In this document: piece by piece, positions 39,599 through 52,941 of the stretch
Layout: the number at the start of each line of letters is the position of its first letter
Position numbering within the stretch: position 1 is the first letter of the stretch
DNA from: Parasitella parasitica NRRL 2501
Taxonomy: Eukaryota > Fungi > Mucoromycota
Assembly (NCBI GenBank): GCA_025201805.1
Contig: MU619279.1
Span: forward strand, 1 to 64,000
Reading direction: 5' to 3'
Length of the DNA stretch: 64,000 nucleotides
The notes under the pieces: generated by a model
Database searches by the model: none
The model's input: only the letters and a program-made list of their open reading frames with translations
Told to the model about the DNA's origin: nothing
Translations under genes and position numbers: made by a program

Positions 39599-40597
39599 TT
39601 ATGAGAATACACAAGGATTCATAAAATCTTCATATTGATAAAAGGGTTTCAACCTTCTGTTGGAGTCCAACAAACCAAAATGTCCTTCAACGCCTGGTTT
39701 GTAAAGTTCATCTATAGCCGAGAACCAAATCATTTCGATTCCTAATGTGCGGGTCATACAAAGAGCCTTGAATAAAAAGCTATATATGTACATGCATTGT
39801 GATAAGTAACATAGATATAAAAGTTTGGTATATTGTATAAACTCACTCCTTTTGGTTCTCTGGCAGCGAAACTGAATCTTTGACTTGCTCGCCTTGATCA
39901 GGCCATCCAGTTTCTGAAATACGCACTACTTTTCCCTTGGAGACGCTTTTCACTGTCAAGAAATGTTGCTTTAGCTTATCAACAGCGTTACTAATGTGCT
40001 CTCCTTCCCAATATATAAAGGCGTTCCTGTTGTAAAATTGATCAGATTAGAAAAGTTTTGCTCCAAATAAGCATCGCATACATACATCATAAGAAGATCT
40101 ACAGCATCAACAATGTCGGGATAAAATTTATAGTAGACTTCTGATGTTGTTACTTTGACTCCTTTTGGTCCAACTAGATTTTTAACTTTGTTGATGTGTT
40201 TGACGAGTTGATCGGAAGACATGTCTTCTCTGTACATTACTTCTGAGCCAACGATAATGGCCTCGACATTGTAAAAACTATTCGACGACGCAAGTTTTTG
40301 CAAGGCTGCATATTCCTCTTCAAATGAATCAGTCTTATCAATCCACATTCCCAAATAAATTTTCATTTTGCTTTCTTGAGATGCTTGTAAAGCCAGTTGC
40401 CCAATTTGACAATCCTTGATGGAATACACTCTCACAGTGTTTGTGTACTGAGATAATGTGCGGAAATCTCTTTTTACGGTATCAAAAGTCGGGCAAGAAT
40501 CCTTGTTCACACCATAATTAAGGCCATAAAATGGACTCGATGCTGCAATTGCATTATAAACTAGGCAGCATGCAAAGATCATCGATTTAAAGAACAT
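39599..40597 (-). CDS. Secreted glycoside hydrolase family 17 (Bgl2-like beta-1,3-glucanase/glucanosyltransferase), 3 exons
   Basis: Signal peptide MFFKSMIFACCLVYNAIA, YGLNYG, VRVYSIKDC, catalytic IIVGSEVMYR and RISETGWP, and DE.YKPGVEGHFGLLD. Confidence 0.92.
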
Positions 40598-41081
40598 AAT
40601 GATTTTAATTTTTTTTTGGAAAAAAAGAAAAAGAACAAAGATATGTACATTTCTCAATAAATACTATATATTTTATAAGAAAAATGATGATTCAGGGGGT
40701 GATGTCTTGGGCTGTCATGGCAACAAGTTGTTAAGGAATTTGCACATACCCACTACTGTACAGTGAGACTGGAAGTTGAGCGATGCTGATGCGACTTATA
40801 TACACAGTGCTTAAGTATTGTTTGAATTTACACTTTGGATTCTTTGACTTCATATCTCACCCTGTTTTTTTCTCAAGTATATTTTTCTACCTTATGGGTT
40901 TTTTCATGCAGAGATATTGTCTACAAAGATGTAAAAAAATGACAAGTTAGTCTCTAATCTCGCTTGGCTTGAGCGGACAAAGTGTATTTAGCGAGTCTTT
41001 TGGAGCCGCCCTTGATTCCCCATCCAAAATCGATCAATTTTTGTGTTCTCCGTCCCATAAGCGACCACAGAGTACCCAACA

Positions 41082-41091
41082 NNNNNNNNNN
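41082..41091. other. Small assembly gap (10 N) abutting an A-rich tract
   Basis: Run of N. Confidence 0.99.
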
Positions 41092-42025
41092 AAAAAAAAA
41101 AAAAAGAGAAAAAAAAAAAATAGAGATATCATCTAGCTAATCAAAAGCTTACATTCAGAAAGAAAGCTTGATATTTGGTAAGCAAGAGAAGCGCTTATAT
41201 ATGTTGGCAACATATCCATTTACTGCGTCAGTCGTACAACAAATATCCACACAACAATTTTTTGTGTGCGTGTATAAGGGAAGGGATGGAAATCACAACA
41301 TTTTAACTTTGATCTAAAAATGCAGATTTTTTTTTGTTATGGTTATCATTCGAAAACATCTAAAGAACAAATTAATAAAAATGAAAATCCATAATTTTCA
41401 ACATGATTTTACTTGTGGTTAAGATTTATTCTTTTTCTCGTCCAAATTAGACCACATACAAAGGTATTCCATTCGTGATGCTTATAGAGGTTATTCCTTT
41501 GTTTCAGTAGAATGTTACTTTTTTCAAATTTCTTAAAGTTCTTTTAAAAGACAATGCTAATTAAAAGGTCAATGCGTGTTTCCAGATTTGCATTTTGTTT
41601 GCGAGTTAGAGTCTAACGAATTGAACGAATGGACAATGATATCACCTGTTGTATAGTCAAAGTTTACAGCGATACATTTCCCATTAGTGATGCGTGCAAA
41701 GGAGTGGTTCCGCAATTACTTGTGATTATCCAACATGGTTGTGCCTACTACACTCCATTCAAAGGGCATCCAGTGTAATGGTGTGCATTTGCTTTCCGAT
41801 GCGACGTCATTCAAGAGAGCATGGATGGATAAACCATAATGTGGGGAGTCTGACGGAAACTGGGGGTGAAAAATATTGAAGCCTACCAAACAAAAAAAAA
41901 ACCATACAAGGCTGCCAACTTGGAATTTGGGCTCTTGTTTTTTCTTCTCTTTTGTTAAACAACCCCCCTCTCTCTTATATAAACCTTTTCACCCCCCTCT
42001 TTTTATATTATTTAACTATCGGTCA

Positions 42026-44046
42026 ATGTTGAGAACAATTACCGTTAAACGTGGTAATGCTTGATGATATGGATAGATTTTGGAAATTTGCAGCCCTTGA
42101 TTAATTTTTTTTTTTTTTTTTTTTTGGCTGCAGCTGCGCCTATATTAGCTCGCCAACAACTTAGAACACTCCCTTCCGTAGCACGCACCTTCGCTACTGA
42201 AGCAACACCCGACCCAAATGCCAACCCCATCACTGGAAAAACAACCTATGGTAATCTCAGTGACGAGGATCGCATTTTTACCAACCTTTACATGAAGCAC
42301 GACTTTCGTTTGAAAGGTGCCTTGAAGCGTGGCGATTGGTACAAGACCAAGGAGATGGTCCTCAAGGGTCATGAATGGATTCTCAAAGAAATGAAGGAAT
42401 CTGGTCTTCGTGGCCGTGGTGGTGCTGGTTTCCCTACTGGCCTCAAGTGGAGTTTCATGAATAAACCATCAGATGGCCGGTAAAGTATCTCGACTTTCAA
42501 TGTGGAAACCACTCATTTAAGTAATTACATATCTAGCCCTCGCTACCTTGTTATCAATGCTGATGAGGGTGAGCCAGGTACCTGTAAGGATCGTGAGATT
42601 CTCCGTGGTGATCCACACAAACTTGTCGAAGGCTGTCTTCTTGCTGGTTCCGCCATGAAGGCTAATGCTGGTAATATATATATATATATATATAAAGGCT
42701 AATTGGATCATGTATATTAATCCTTTTTAATAGCTTATATTTATATTCGTGGTGAATTTTATCAAGAAGCCAACAATCTTCAAATTGCAATTGACGAAGC
42801 TTACAAGGCTGGTTTGATTGGTAAGAATGCCTGTGGTACTGGCTTTGATTTTGATGTCTACATCCATCGTGGTGCTGGTGCTTATATCTGTGGCGAGGAA
42901 ACCAGTTTGATCGAATCCATTGAAGGCAAGCAAGGTAAGCCTAGAATGAAGCCCCCATTCCCCGCCGATATTGGTCTCTTTGGATGTCCCACTACTGTAA
43001 CCAACGTCGAGACTGTCGCTGTTGCTCCCACTATCCTTAGACGGTAAGTAATAGGATGATTCGGATATAAAAGACTGGATTCTGACATATATTTTGGTTT
43101 GTCAGTGGCGGTTCTTGGTTTGCTAGTTTCGGTCGTCCTCGTAACTCTGGAACCAAGCTTTTCTGTGTATCAGGTCATGTTAACAATCCCGCTACTTTCG
43201 AAGAAGTAAGAAAGTGAATTGGATAGATGGTTTATGGGCTTGTGTTAATGTGCAAAATGTAGGAAATGTCAATGCCTTTGAAGGAAATGCTTGAAAAGCA
43301 TTGTGGTGGAATTAGAGGTGGTTGGGACAACTTGCTCGGTATCATTCCCGGTGGTTGTTCCGTCCCTGTCATTCCTAAAGATATCTGTGAGGATGTTTTG
43401 TAAGTGAATATACGATTATACAAGCAATTATTCTGACTGCTTGTTTTTGGTTTTTTTTATAGAATGGATTTCGATGCTCTTCGAGATGTTCAATCTGGTC
43501 TCGGCACAGCCGGTAAGTTTTTAGCAATAACTTTTGGAGACAAATCACCATTGAACTAAAGTTGGTCTTCTTTCAGCTGTCATTGTCATGGACAAGTCTA
43601 CAGACATTGTTGGTGCTATCTCCAGATTTGCCAAGTTCTATCGTCACGAATCTTGTGGTCAATGTACACCCTGTAGAGAAGGTACAAAATGGCTCGAATC
43701 CATGATGGACCGTTTTGAAGTTGGCCGTGGACAAAGAGAAGAAATTGAACAAATTTGGGAGTTAACAAAACAAATCGAAGGCCATACTATCTGTGCTCTT
43801 GGCGATGCCGCTGGTAAGTTTGATTTGTAAGGTCTGCCATCTACTTTGATTAACACTTTTTTTTTTGTGTCTTCTTTGCATGTGTTAGCTTGGCCAGTGC
43901 AAGGTATGTACAAGATGTATACTTTAAACTTGTCGATAATTGCTAACATAATGATTATTTTATTAGGTCTTATTCGCCATTTCAGACCTGAGTTAGAAGC
44001 CAGAATGGACAAGTTCGCAGCCGAAAACCCACAACTTAACAACTAA
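42026..44046 (+). CDS. NDUFV1: NADH:ubiquinone oxidoreductase 51 kDa flavoprotein subunit, mitochondrial precursor, multi-exon
   Basis: [60 protein letters not shown], FeS motif [13 protein letters not shown]...[16 protein letters not shown]. Confidence 0.97.
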
Positions 44047-45084
44047 ATAGTTTCTATTTCTATGGTATACACAATTTTCATTACGATTTCCTGTCTCGAC
44101 TTTTAAACAAATAAAACACGACTAAAAAAAAAGCTTTTAATATCTGAAATCCGTGCCTAACAGAGAGAGTTGCTGACTCGATGTGATCTCATATTATGTC
44201 GTGACACAATGGAAACAGTTAGAGTCTAATTCATAAAAAGTGGGTTTTTTATCTCCCACAATTTGTAATGGAAGTTTCATTCAGGACGTAGCATACAAAG
44301 TCAGTAAGTGCAGCAAGCATATAAATATTATCCATGTGTATTTTTCAGACTCGTCAAATTTTAGCCATTTTGAAAATCCGTTGTTGGCGAATTTTCCAAA
44401 AATTCAACATATTATGCACCCAATTCCTTTAGTAATCTATGCATATGATATAGCGGAACGAGAGGAATAACGATGGCGTGCTTCTCTCATCTATAGCGCT
44501 TTCTTTTTTAATGTAAAATACAATGAAAAATTTCACTTCTCTTGCTGCAAGAAAAGGATAAAAAATCTATTATTTCTGGTCGGCTCAATCCATGAAATTC
44601 GTTAATGCTTTTACCTGCAGCAGCAACAAGCCTCGTGCACATGTATGAAATTCTGCGCTTTTCAAGCATATGGGCAAATATACTAACGTCAGTTGTAAAT
44701 ACCAGAGAAGTGCCCCCATTGAATGTCTGAATCAGGATAACAAAAAACATGCTTTTTACGTGATAGATGATGAAACAATTGCTATCCTCATGATACATAT
44801 TTGCCTTATGCCCTTTTGATAGGCGTAGCATTGAGCAACAGTAAATTTTTGTAATACACTATAGTTGGCCCATTTAGAGCAGGCGTCGGCAGTCTCTGTC
44901 AATAGATGTACGGCAAGAGGATCATCTTTTTAGGGTTGAAATGCCAATGTTCAATATATATATATATATATATATTGTTTATTTAATTCATTGTCTCTTT
45001 CTTTCCTCTTTCATTCCTTGTACTTCTTTTTCTCAGCTCCTTCTTTTTGAATCAACAAACAGTAGCATTCGCAATTGACAACAT

Positions 45085-47329
45085 ATGAACACTAGCCTCA
45101 GTCCTCCTCACCGGCCATCAGCAAAGGCGAATTCAACCAAGCACCAGAAACTAGGCGCTGCAGCAGTTGCAAAGACGCCGCCACGTAATGAATCAAATGA
45201 AGACGATGCTGTTGCTCATTCTGATGAAGGATCCCTCCTGGTGAGTTTAGCCGCAATTCACATGTAACTTTATATACTCGTTCTTAAACATGCGATTAGG
45301 ATCTACTTGAGAGAGACTTCAAGTTAACCATCAGTGATGACTTGATGACAGATGACGATTCTGACATCGACGACGAGCAAGCTGCTTTTATAGGCTTAGC
45401 TCATGAGGTAAGAAAAGATCGTGGCAGCATTTAGACTTGTTATTTACCTTGTCCAAACACGACAGTCTGCATCAAGTATCCACCCATATAATATAGACAC
45501 TAAAGAAGACAGCAGCATGTGCTACCATCCAGCTGCAACTTTGATACATGAGAATAATCAAATGATGGAGCAGCAACGAGGTACGTGTGATACAATACGG
45601 CTTCGCCTCCGCCCCACCACACCCCGCCACTTTTAGTCTGTATGTATGAATGTCAAAAAATTAAGGGACACATTGTTTCAAATGTTATAGGCCTTCTTGA
45701 CAACAAGGAAAACACGCTGGAAGATGAGCTCTACGAAACAAGGTTGTCGTTTAGCAGAAGGCCATCTCAGTTATTGCAAGAAAACACCACATTAAATGCT
45801 CTGTGCCCCCCATCGCACGTTTTGAAGGCGCGTAGACTCTCCAAAACGATCATGAAACCTTCAGCCTCAACCCCAGTTACTGTTAAAGATAAAGATCGTA
45901 GATCGTCGATCTCAGATAACTACTCCAAAGAACTGAGCAGCCATAGTGCCGTCAGCCCGAGATTTATGGCCCTAAGAAAACTGAGCGAAGTTAGCAATGT
46001 AAGTGGGAAGCCCTGGCTTTCTACCGCAGATGATTAACTAATATTGCTATCATTAAAAATATGCTATAATGCTATCAGTTGCCCCCGCATTCTATATCAT
46101 ATTCTGCTGTGCCACCTGTTCCGCAGATCCCTTCAGCATCTGCTGATGACAAAACTGTACCTAGGGCAGTTGCAAATGATGATCAGCTGTTGACCAAAAT
46201 TGACAAGATGCTTGAGTCACAGCTGCATTTTCATCTAGGTCAGATTGTATGGAGGGCGTCTGAAAACCATTTAGATGCTCGCCGTTTCTGGGAGGAACAG
46301 AAAAAGGAAATGTTTGGGCTTGCAGCGACATTGATCGGCCAAATGGACACACAAGTCGTTATGCAAAAGAGAATGGCAATTGAATCTACCAAAAACACTG
46401 AACGGATCGAAAGAGGTGAAGCCAATCTAGCCCTGTTACAGAAAGAACTAAACACATACATATCCAAATACACGGAAGCGAAAAGCCAGCTATTCGAATT
46501 GGAAATGCTAAAAACTAGAAATCTGCAACTCGAAAAGCAACATGAAGAAGATCTGAAAATCATTACGCACTTGAAAAAGGTTCCAGGCGTCAGTACGGAC
46601 GAACCCCTCGCTGATTTAAAACCAGAAAATACCCAACTCCTGAAGGAAAAAGAAAAAAACCAGCAATTACAGGAACAAAACACTTTGCTTGAGCAAGAGA
46701 AAGAGAAGCAGGCCTTGGAAATAAAGCAGCTGAAAAGCCAGATTTTCCAGATAAATCAAAACAAGCTGCTGCCATCTGCCAGCACAACTATTATAGCCGA
46801 TGGACTTGAGTATAATAACAATGATTCCAGCGAGAACAAGATAGATAATTGGGCCGACATTATGGAGTCTGAGGACAAGGCTAAAAAATGTGCCAATGAA
46901 TGGGCACAAAAGCACAGAGAATTGCAGGTCAGTTACTTTGAATTGTGCTCCAAGCTACAAAAGAAGCGACAATTGCAAACAGACTACAAAAAGACAATCT
47001 ATAATTTGAGTCAATCAGTGGTTGAAAAAGATGAAATAATTCGCCAGCTGAAACAAGCTCAAAATGTTGATAGGATTCAGCTGGACTATTTGCAAATGGA
47101 GCTGAATAACAATCACGAAAAAAGCAAGAGAAAAAAAGCATCTGAAACTGGAGGCTACACCACTGAGGGCGATTATCTGACATTCACTACGAAGATTAAT
47201 GGCCAACCGTCAAAATACACTATAAAGATTCCTAACGTAAATCACTATGGCAACAAGGGCCCGGCACCTAATTGTAATACCTTGAACTCTTACGCAAGTG
47301 AATGGAAGCGGAGCAAAACCGAAAACTGA
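45085..47329 (+). CDS. Hypothetical coiled-coil protein, multi-exon
   Basis: ATG after a pyrimidine-rich leader, GT..AG introns linking short acidic/Ser-rich exons to a 416-codon terminal exon rich in E/K/Q/L heptads. No known domain recognised; exon boundaries are approximate. Confidence 0.7.
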
Positions 47330-47822
47330 CACAATACCCTTTAGTTCATATCTTATTTACACAAAATAGACTATACTGTAGTGCTATAATAATTTCACCA
47401 ATATTATAATAAAATCGCGTATGATTTTCTCAATTAGCAAATTTTTACAATGATGGACTCGGCAACATCTGATGTTCAAAAGATAAGGCGATAAGACAAC
47501 CAATTTTGAGGAGGAAGCCAACCCTTACAAAATGAATTAAGATTGCTGGGATTTACTATCTTACTAGGTAGGTTTTTATGGGTAAAGCTGGTTTCAATAC
47601 CCTAATGCTCGCTCAACTAGAGAGATGTGCCAGCAATTGTTGAAAGCGCCAAATACACTCGCACTTCACACATACTGAGAGTTATAACAGCTCAGGATGT
47701 TATTTCAATTGAGGTGAAGGGCGCCTTTGAAACCCAATAGAGCAAAAGTCTCATGAAAGCAGAAAGACGGAGAATATGCAAAAACAAGCGAGGCCAATGA
47801 TAACAGCAAGGGGCTGTGTGCA

Positions 47823-47832
47823 ATGGCGACAT
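47823..47832. promoter_or_regulatory. Near-consensus CYS-3/MetR site ATGGCGACAT
   Basis: One mismatch from ATGRYRYCAT, 130 bp upstream of the sulfite reductase ATG. Confidence 0.3.
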
Positions 47833-47952
47833 TTTATTCAAATAAAAACAAAAAAAAAAGACAATATTGTACCTTTGCTTATCTTGAGTTTCTAGTATTT
47901 TATTGCCCAGGGTTAATAATCCAACACCACTTTTTACTCTGCCATTTACAAG

Positions 47953-50900
47953 ATGCAATTTCTCAATGGCAGAGAAGCTTCCATCCTGGCAGCTCAATTA
48001 ACAAACGAGCGTGTTTATGCAAGCGTCGACACAACCATGCCTCAGCTTACTCAGACAAATATTTGGAACCAAGCTGTCAAAACTGATCAAATTGAAGATC
48101 CCGTATTCCACCTAACAATCGCCATTGCTCATCGCCAACTGTCCAGTGCTGTTTTATCCTCTCAGATACTGTTGGCTGCTATCCCATATTTGTACACACT
48201 GGCTGCTGATGGGGCCCCCATAGTCTTGCATGTTGCTGCAGATTGTGGCCATTCCAGTACATACGCTGATTTCACCCAAATCATGTCTGTTAGACAAAGT
48301 GGTTTGGCATTGATCAGCGCTTCATCGGTGCAAGAAACTTATGACTTGTCGTTGATTGCTCAGTCTGTTTCTTTACGGTGCTCTACTCCCTTTCTCCATT
48401 TCTTTGACAGCAATCGTATTTCAGATGAATGTACCTGTATTCATGTTTTAAATCACCAAGATCTCTTAAAATTGCTTCCGGAGGCAGAGGTAAATGACAA
48501 TTTCAAAAACAAGCCTGTACCAGAGCCGGCTACGAAGCCGTCGGCCTACCTTCAACACAAATCAAGCCTGGTACAAGGCGAAAATAAAGAGTCTTCTTCT
48601 CTGTTGGATGTTCATGCTGCTTTTAATCAAGTCGCTGGTGAATTTGCTGAGCTTACTGGCAGATGTTACGCCCCTTTAGAATATGTCGGTCATCCTAAGG
48701 CTGAGTATGTTATTATTGCTATGGGTGCTGGTGCTACTGTTATTGAGCAATCTTTGCGTGTCATTGCGGATACCGATCCTTCTTTCAAGGTGGGTGTGCT
48801 GAAGATTCGTCTATATCGTCCTTGGAGCAATGAAAACCTCTTGAATGCTCTGCCATGTAGTGTTCAAGGCATCGCAGTGCTCGAGCCCACTGACGATTAT
48901 ACCTGCACTTGCAACCCTCTCTTTTTGGATGTTGCTGCTGCTTATCAAACAGCCAGCATTGAAAATGTGGAAATTTTTAGCGGCCAATACGGCGTTGAAG
49001 ATACTAATTTCACTCCCAATATGGTGCAATCCGTACTAAAGGCTCTGATGCGTAATAATCTAGATCGTCGATTTAAGGTTTCTTCTTTACCTACTGTATC
49101 TACCAATTTGCAAGTGGTTTCTTCTTCTACTACTGAACAGATTATCTTTGTGTCGAGCCCTTCTCTTGCAACTCAGTTTGCTTCTCATCACACTTTACTG
49201 GGCAAAGCTGCCCAAGCCTATACTATTAACAGCTCAGATGTAACGCATATACGTATTGCTCAATCACAGGAAGGTCCTTTCCTACCTTCTCTCATTCAAT
49301 CCGCTGACGCTGTAGTTTTGGCTCACCTTCCTTTAAACCAAGATCAAGAAAAGGCTACTATTAATGCTATCCATGCCTTAACCAATAGTGGCTCTCTCAT
49401 CATCGATGGAGAGGCTTCTGATCTTCCTGCTAGTATCAAGAACGCCGCTCATTCTCGACAAGCAATACTTGTTACCGTCCAAGACGTACCAGCGTCTTTT
49501 ACAAGCAGCTGTTTATCTGATGTCTTGGGTGATCCTGAGACTTCTTTTATGGCTGTTCCTCATGAATGGGCCAACGAGCAGCAACCTTTGGCTTTCCAAA
49601 GCGATCAGCGTGGAAGCAGCATGTATCTGGAGCCAACTTTACCAGTGGAAACGTCTTATATCAAAATGCTTCATCAAGTCTTTGGGTCTCGGTTAGATAT
49701 CGCCAACGCTTACCAAGCTTCTTCTATCTGGTCTCCTGACGTCTCGAGGCCTCACGCTGCTACACCTGAATTTGGATACGGGCGTGTCGTAAATCACATT
49801 CAAGAACGCTCTCGCTTGGTTGATTTTGTGATGAAAGTCATTCATAGCTCGACTCTTCCATTAGAGGCCACACGTGTTCTTTCTCAATGGCTGCTTCTGG
49901 TCAAGTCTCACCAGCCATGTGCTTCCAAGGTCCAAGAAGCTTCTGATGTGGTCGTTCGTGCACTGTCGTCTATTGCCAGCGAATTCCCTGAAGCGCAATC
50001 CATCCTGGACAAGAAAAAGCTGTTATCCACACAATCCAACTGGATAATTGGCTCTGATGCTTGGGCTTATGATTTGGGTCAATCAGGTCTTCATCATGTA
50101 ATTACATCTGGTGATAATATCAACATATTGATCGTGGATACAGCTCCCTACTACACTACCGGTTTAGCCAAAAATGAACAGCAAAAGAAGGATATCGGGC
50201 TCTACGCTATGAACTATAGCTCTGTCTATGTCGCTTCTGTAGCTGTGTATGCCTCTTATACTGGTGTGTTGCAAGCTCTTATAGAGGCTGATGCTTACGA
50301 AGGACCTTCTGTTGTCCTTGCTTATTTGCCTCAGCTTTACAATGTGCCTAATCCTCTTGCTACCTTGAAGGAAACTAAAGCCAGCGTTGATACGGGAGCC
50401 TGGCCTTTGTACCGTTGGAACCCTGTTTCGGAAGGAGCCTTTGGTCAAGAAATTTTCACTTTGGATTCTCAACGCATCAAGAAATCACTGGAGGCATTTC
50501 TGGCAAAGGAAAACTACCTTACTCAACTGGTTTCAAGTTATCCTACCATTTCAAGTGCTCTTGTTAGTTCACTCGAATCTGTGAGTCGAAAACTCTTTGC
50601 TGTTTTTATTTTTGATAGCCACACTAATCACGGAATTACTGTATTGCTGTAGGATGCCAAAAAACGTCATGCTGAGCTGAAAGCCAAGGCTCGTACTGAT
50701 TATGCTCGTTTGTTGTCAGGATTAGGCGGCAGCAGCAGTGGTGCTCCCCTCACTGTTCTTTTCGGCTCTGATAACGGTAATGCTGAAAGTGTCGCAAAGA
50801 AAATTGCCAGTCGTGCTAAATCAAGGGGCCTTCAGGTCAAGCTCATGGCGATGGACGATTACGAAGATATTCAAGAGCTTGCCAACGAGACAAATGTTGT

Positions 50901-52941
50901 TGTCATCTGTTCTTCTGCCGGTCAAGGTGAAATGCCCTCCAACGCTCGCAAATTCTGGAAGGCTTTGAATGGGCTGGTTATTGGCGATGTCAATTTTTCT
51001 GAACTCAATGTTTCTGTCTTTGGCTTGGGTGACAGCCACTACTGGCCTCGCGAGGACGATGCCATCTTTTACAACCGCCCTGGTAAACTCTTGGATGCTA
51101 AATTCGAAAATCTGGGCGCAACAAGACTTGTCGCCCTGGGCTTAGGTGATGACCAAGATGAAGACGGGTTCGAAACTGCTTTGGACGTCTGGCAGCCTGA
51201 GCTCTGGAAGGCGCTTGGTGTCAGAGATTTTGGTGCTGATAAGGACGAGCCTGCGTACACTGACAATCAAATGAAGGCCGATTCCAACTACCTTCGTGGC
51301 AACATTGCATCTGAATTGGTGGACAACTCTACTGGCGGTGTAACTGAGATCACACAAAAGCTGATAAAGTTCCACGGTGCCTATGTTCAAGATGATCGCG
51401 ATTTGCGTGAGGAGCGTAAAGAGCAAGGTCTTGAGAAGGCCTTTAGCTTCCTTATCCGTGTTCGTACACCAGGCGGTGTGGCTACGTCTGCTCAATGGCT
51501 TGCTATGGATGCACTCGCTACAAAATATGGTAACAATACACTGAAATTAACCACGCGGCAAGCCTTTCAGTTGCACGGTGTTCTCAAAAAGAACTTGCGT
51601 ACAACAATACGAGGCATTAACAAGGCTTTGCTTTCAACTCTTGCTGCTTGCGGTGACGTTAATCGTAACATTATGAGCACTGCTGTTACTGAAATCCCAG
51701 AGGTCCATGCTCAGGTTCAAGACATGGTTATTCAGCTGCGAGATCTACTGGCTCCAAAGACAAGTGCGTACCATGAAATCTGGCTTGATAACAGCATGGT
51801 TGCTGGCCACGCTGTGCAAGATTTCGAACCTCTATATGGTCCGTCTTACTTGCCAAGAAAATTCAAGGTTGCCATTGCTGTTCCTCCTAACAATGATGTG
51901 GATGTTTATGCCCATGACCTCGGCTTGGTAGCTATCGTTGATCCTCAAACAAAACAAGTTCTCGGCTACAATGTCCTGATTGGTGGTGGAATGGGCCAAA
52001 CTCATGGCAACAAAAAGACTTATCCACGCCCTGCTTCGCCGATTGGCTACATTCCTGCCGATGCCGTTTTGAAGGTTGCAGAGGCTGTTGTCACTACTCA
52101 GCGCGATCATGGTGACCGGCTCAATCGCAAACACGCTCGTTTCAAATACACTGTGGATGATATGGGGACAATGGCTGTCAAAAAGGAGATTGAAGCTCGC
52201 AGCGGCGTAATTTTCGAACCAGAGAGACCCTACATTTTTAATGATAATTATGACCGTTATGGCTGGACTAAAGGCGTCGCTAATACTTGGAACTTTGGCA
52301 TGTTTATTGAAAATGGCCGTGTCAAGGATACTCCTGACGTTCTCTGCAAAACTGGCTTACGAGAGTTAGCCAAATTCCATAAAGGCGAGTTTCGGTTGAC
52401 AGCCAATCAGCATTTGGTGATTTCCAATGTTTCTGAAGCAGATCTCGAAAAGACCAAGGCACATCTGGCCAAGTACAAACTGGACAATCTCTCGTTCACT
52501 GGTATTCGTAAGGCTGCTATGGCTTGTGTTGCTCTTCCTACCTGCGGTTTAGCTATGGCTGAATCCGAGCGATATCTTCCTGAACTGATAACGATTCTTG
52601 AAAAGACAATGGAGGAAGCCGGCCTCAGTGATGATTCTATTGTGGTTCGGATGACTGGTTGTCCAAATGGTTGTGCTCGTCCGTACTTGGCTGAACTTGC
52701 ATTCGTTGGTAAGGCTCCAGGAACATACAATATGTATTTGGGCGGTAACAACAAAGGTGAACGCTTGAATAAAATTTATCGCGAAAATCTCCAGGAGCAG
52801 GATATACTACATGAGGTCAATCCAATGATTAAAAGATATGCTCTGGAGAGAGATGAAGGGGAACCGTTTGGCGATTGGGTCATTCGTGCTGGCTATGTCA
52901 AAAAAACTATTACGGGCTTGGATTTTCATGCCACTGACTAA
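47953..52941 (+). CDS. MET5: Assimilatory sulfite reductase beta (hemoprotein) subunit with PFOR-like N-terminus and flavodoxin domain, 2 exons
   Basis: Exons 47953-50580 and 50653-52941 stay in frame. WIIGSDAWAYDLG, flavodoxin LFGSDNGNAE...GQGEMP...FGLGDSHYW, SNYLRG, KFHGAYVQDDRD, AACGDVNRN, YLPRKFK, and siroheme/[4Fe-4S] ligands MACVALPTCGLA and MTGCPNGC. Confidence 0.96.

Noticed and set aside
47481-47495. Tandem GATAAG sites upstream of MET5
   Set aside because: Short motif common by chance; does not match the extended iron-regulator consensus.
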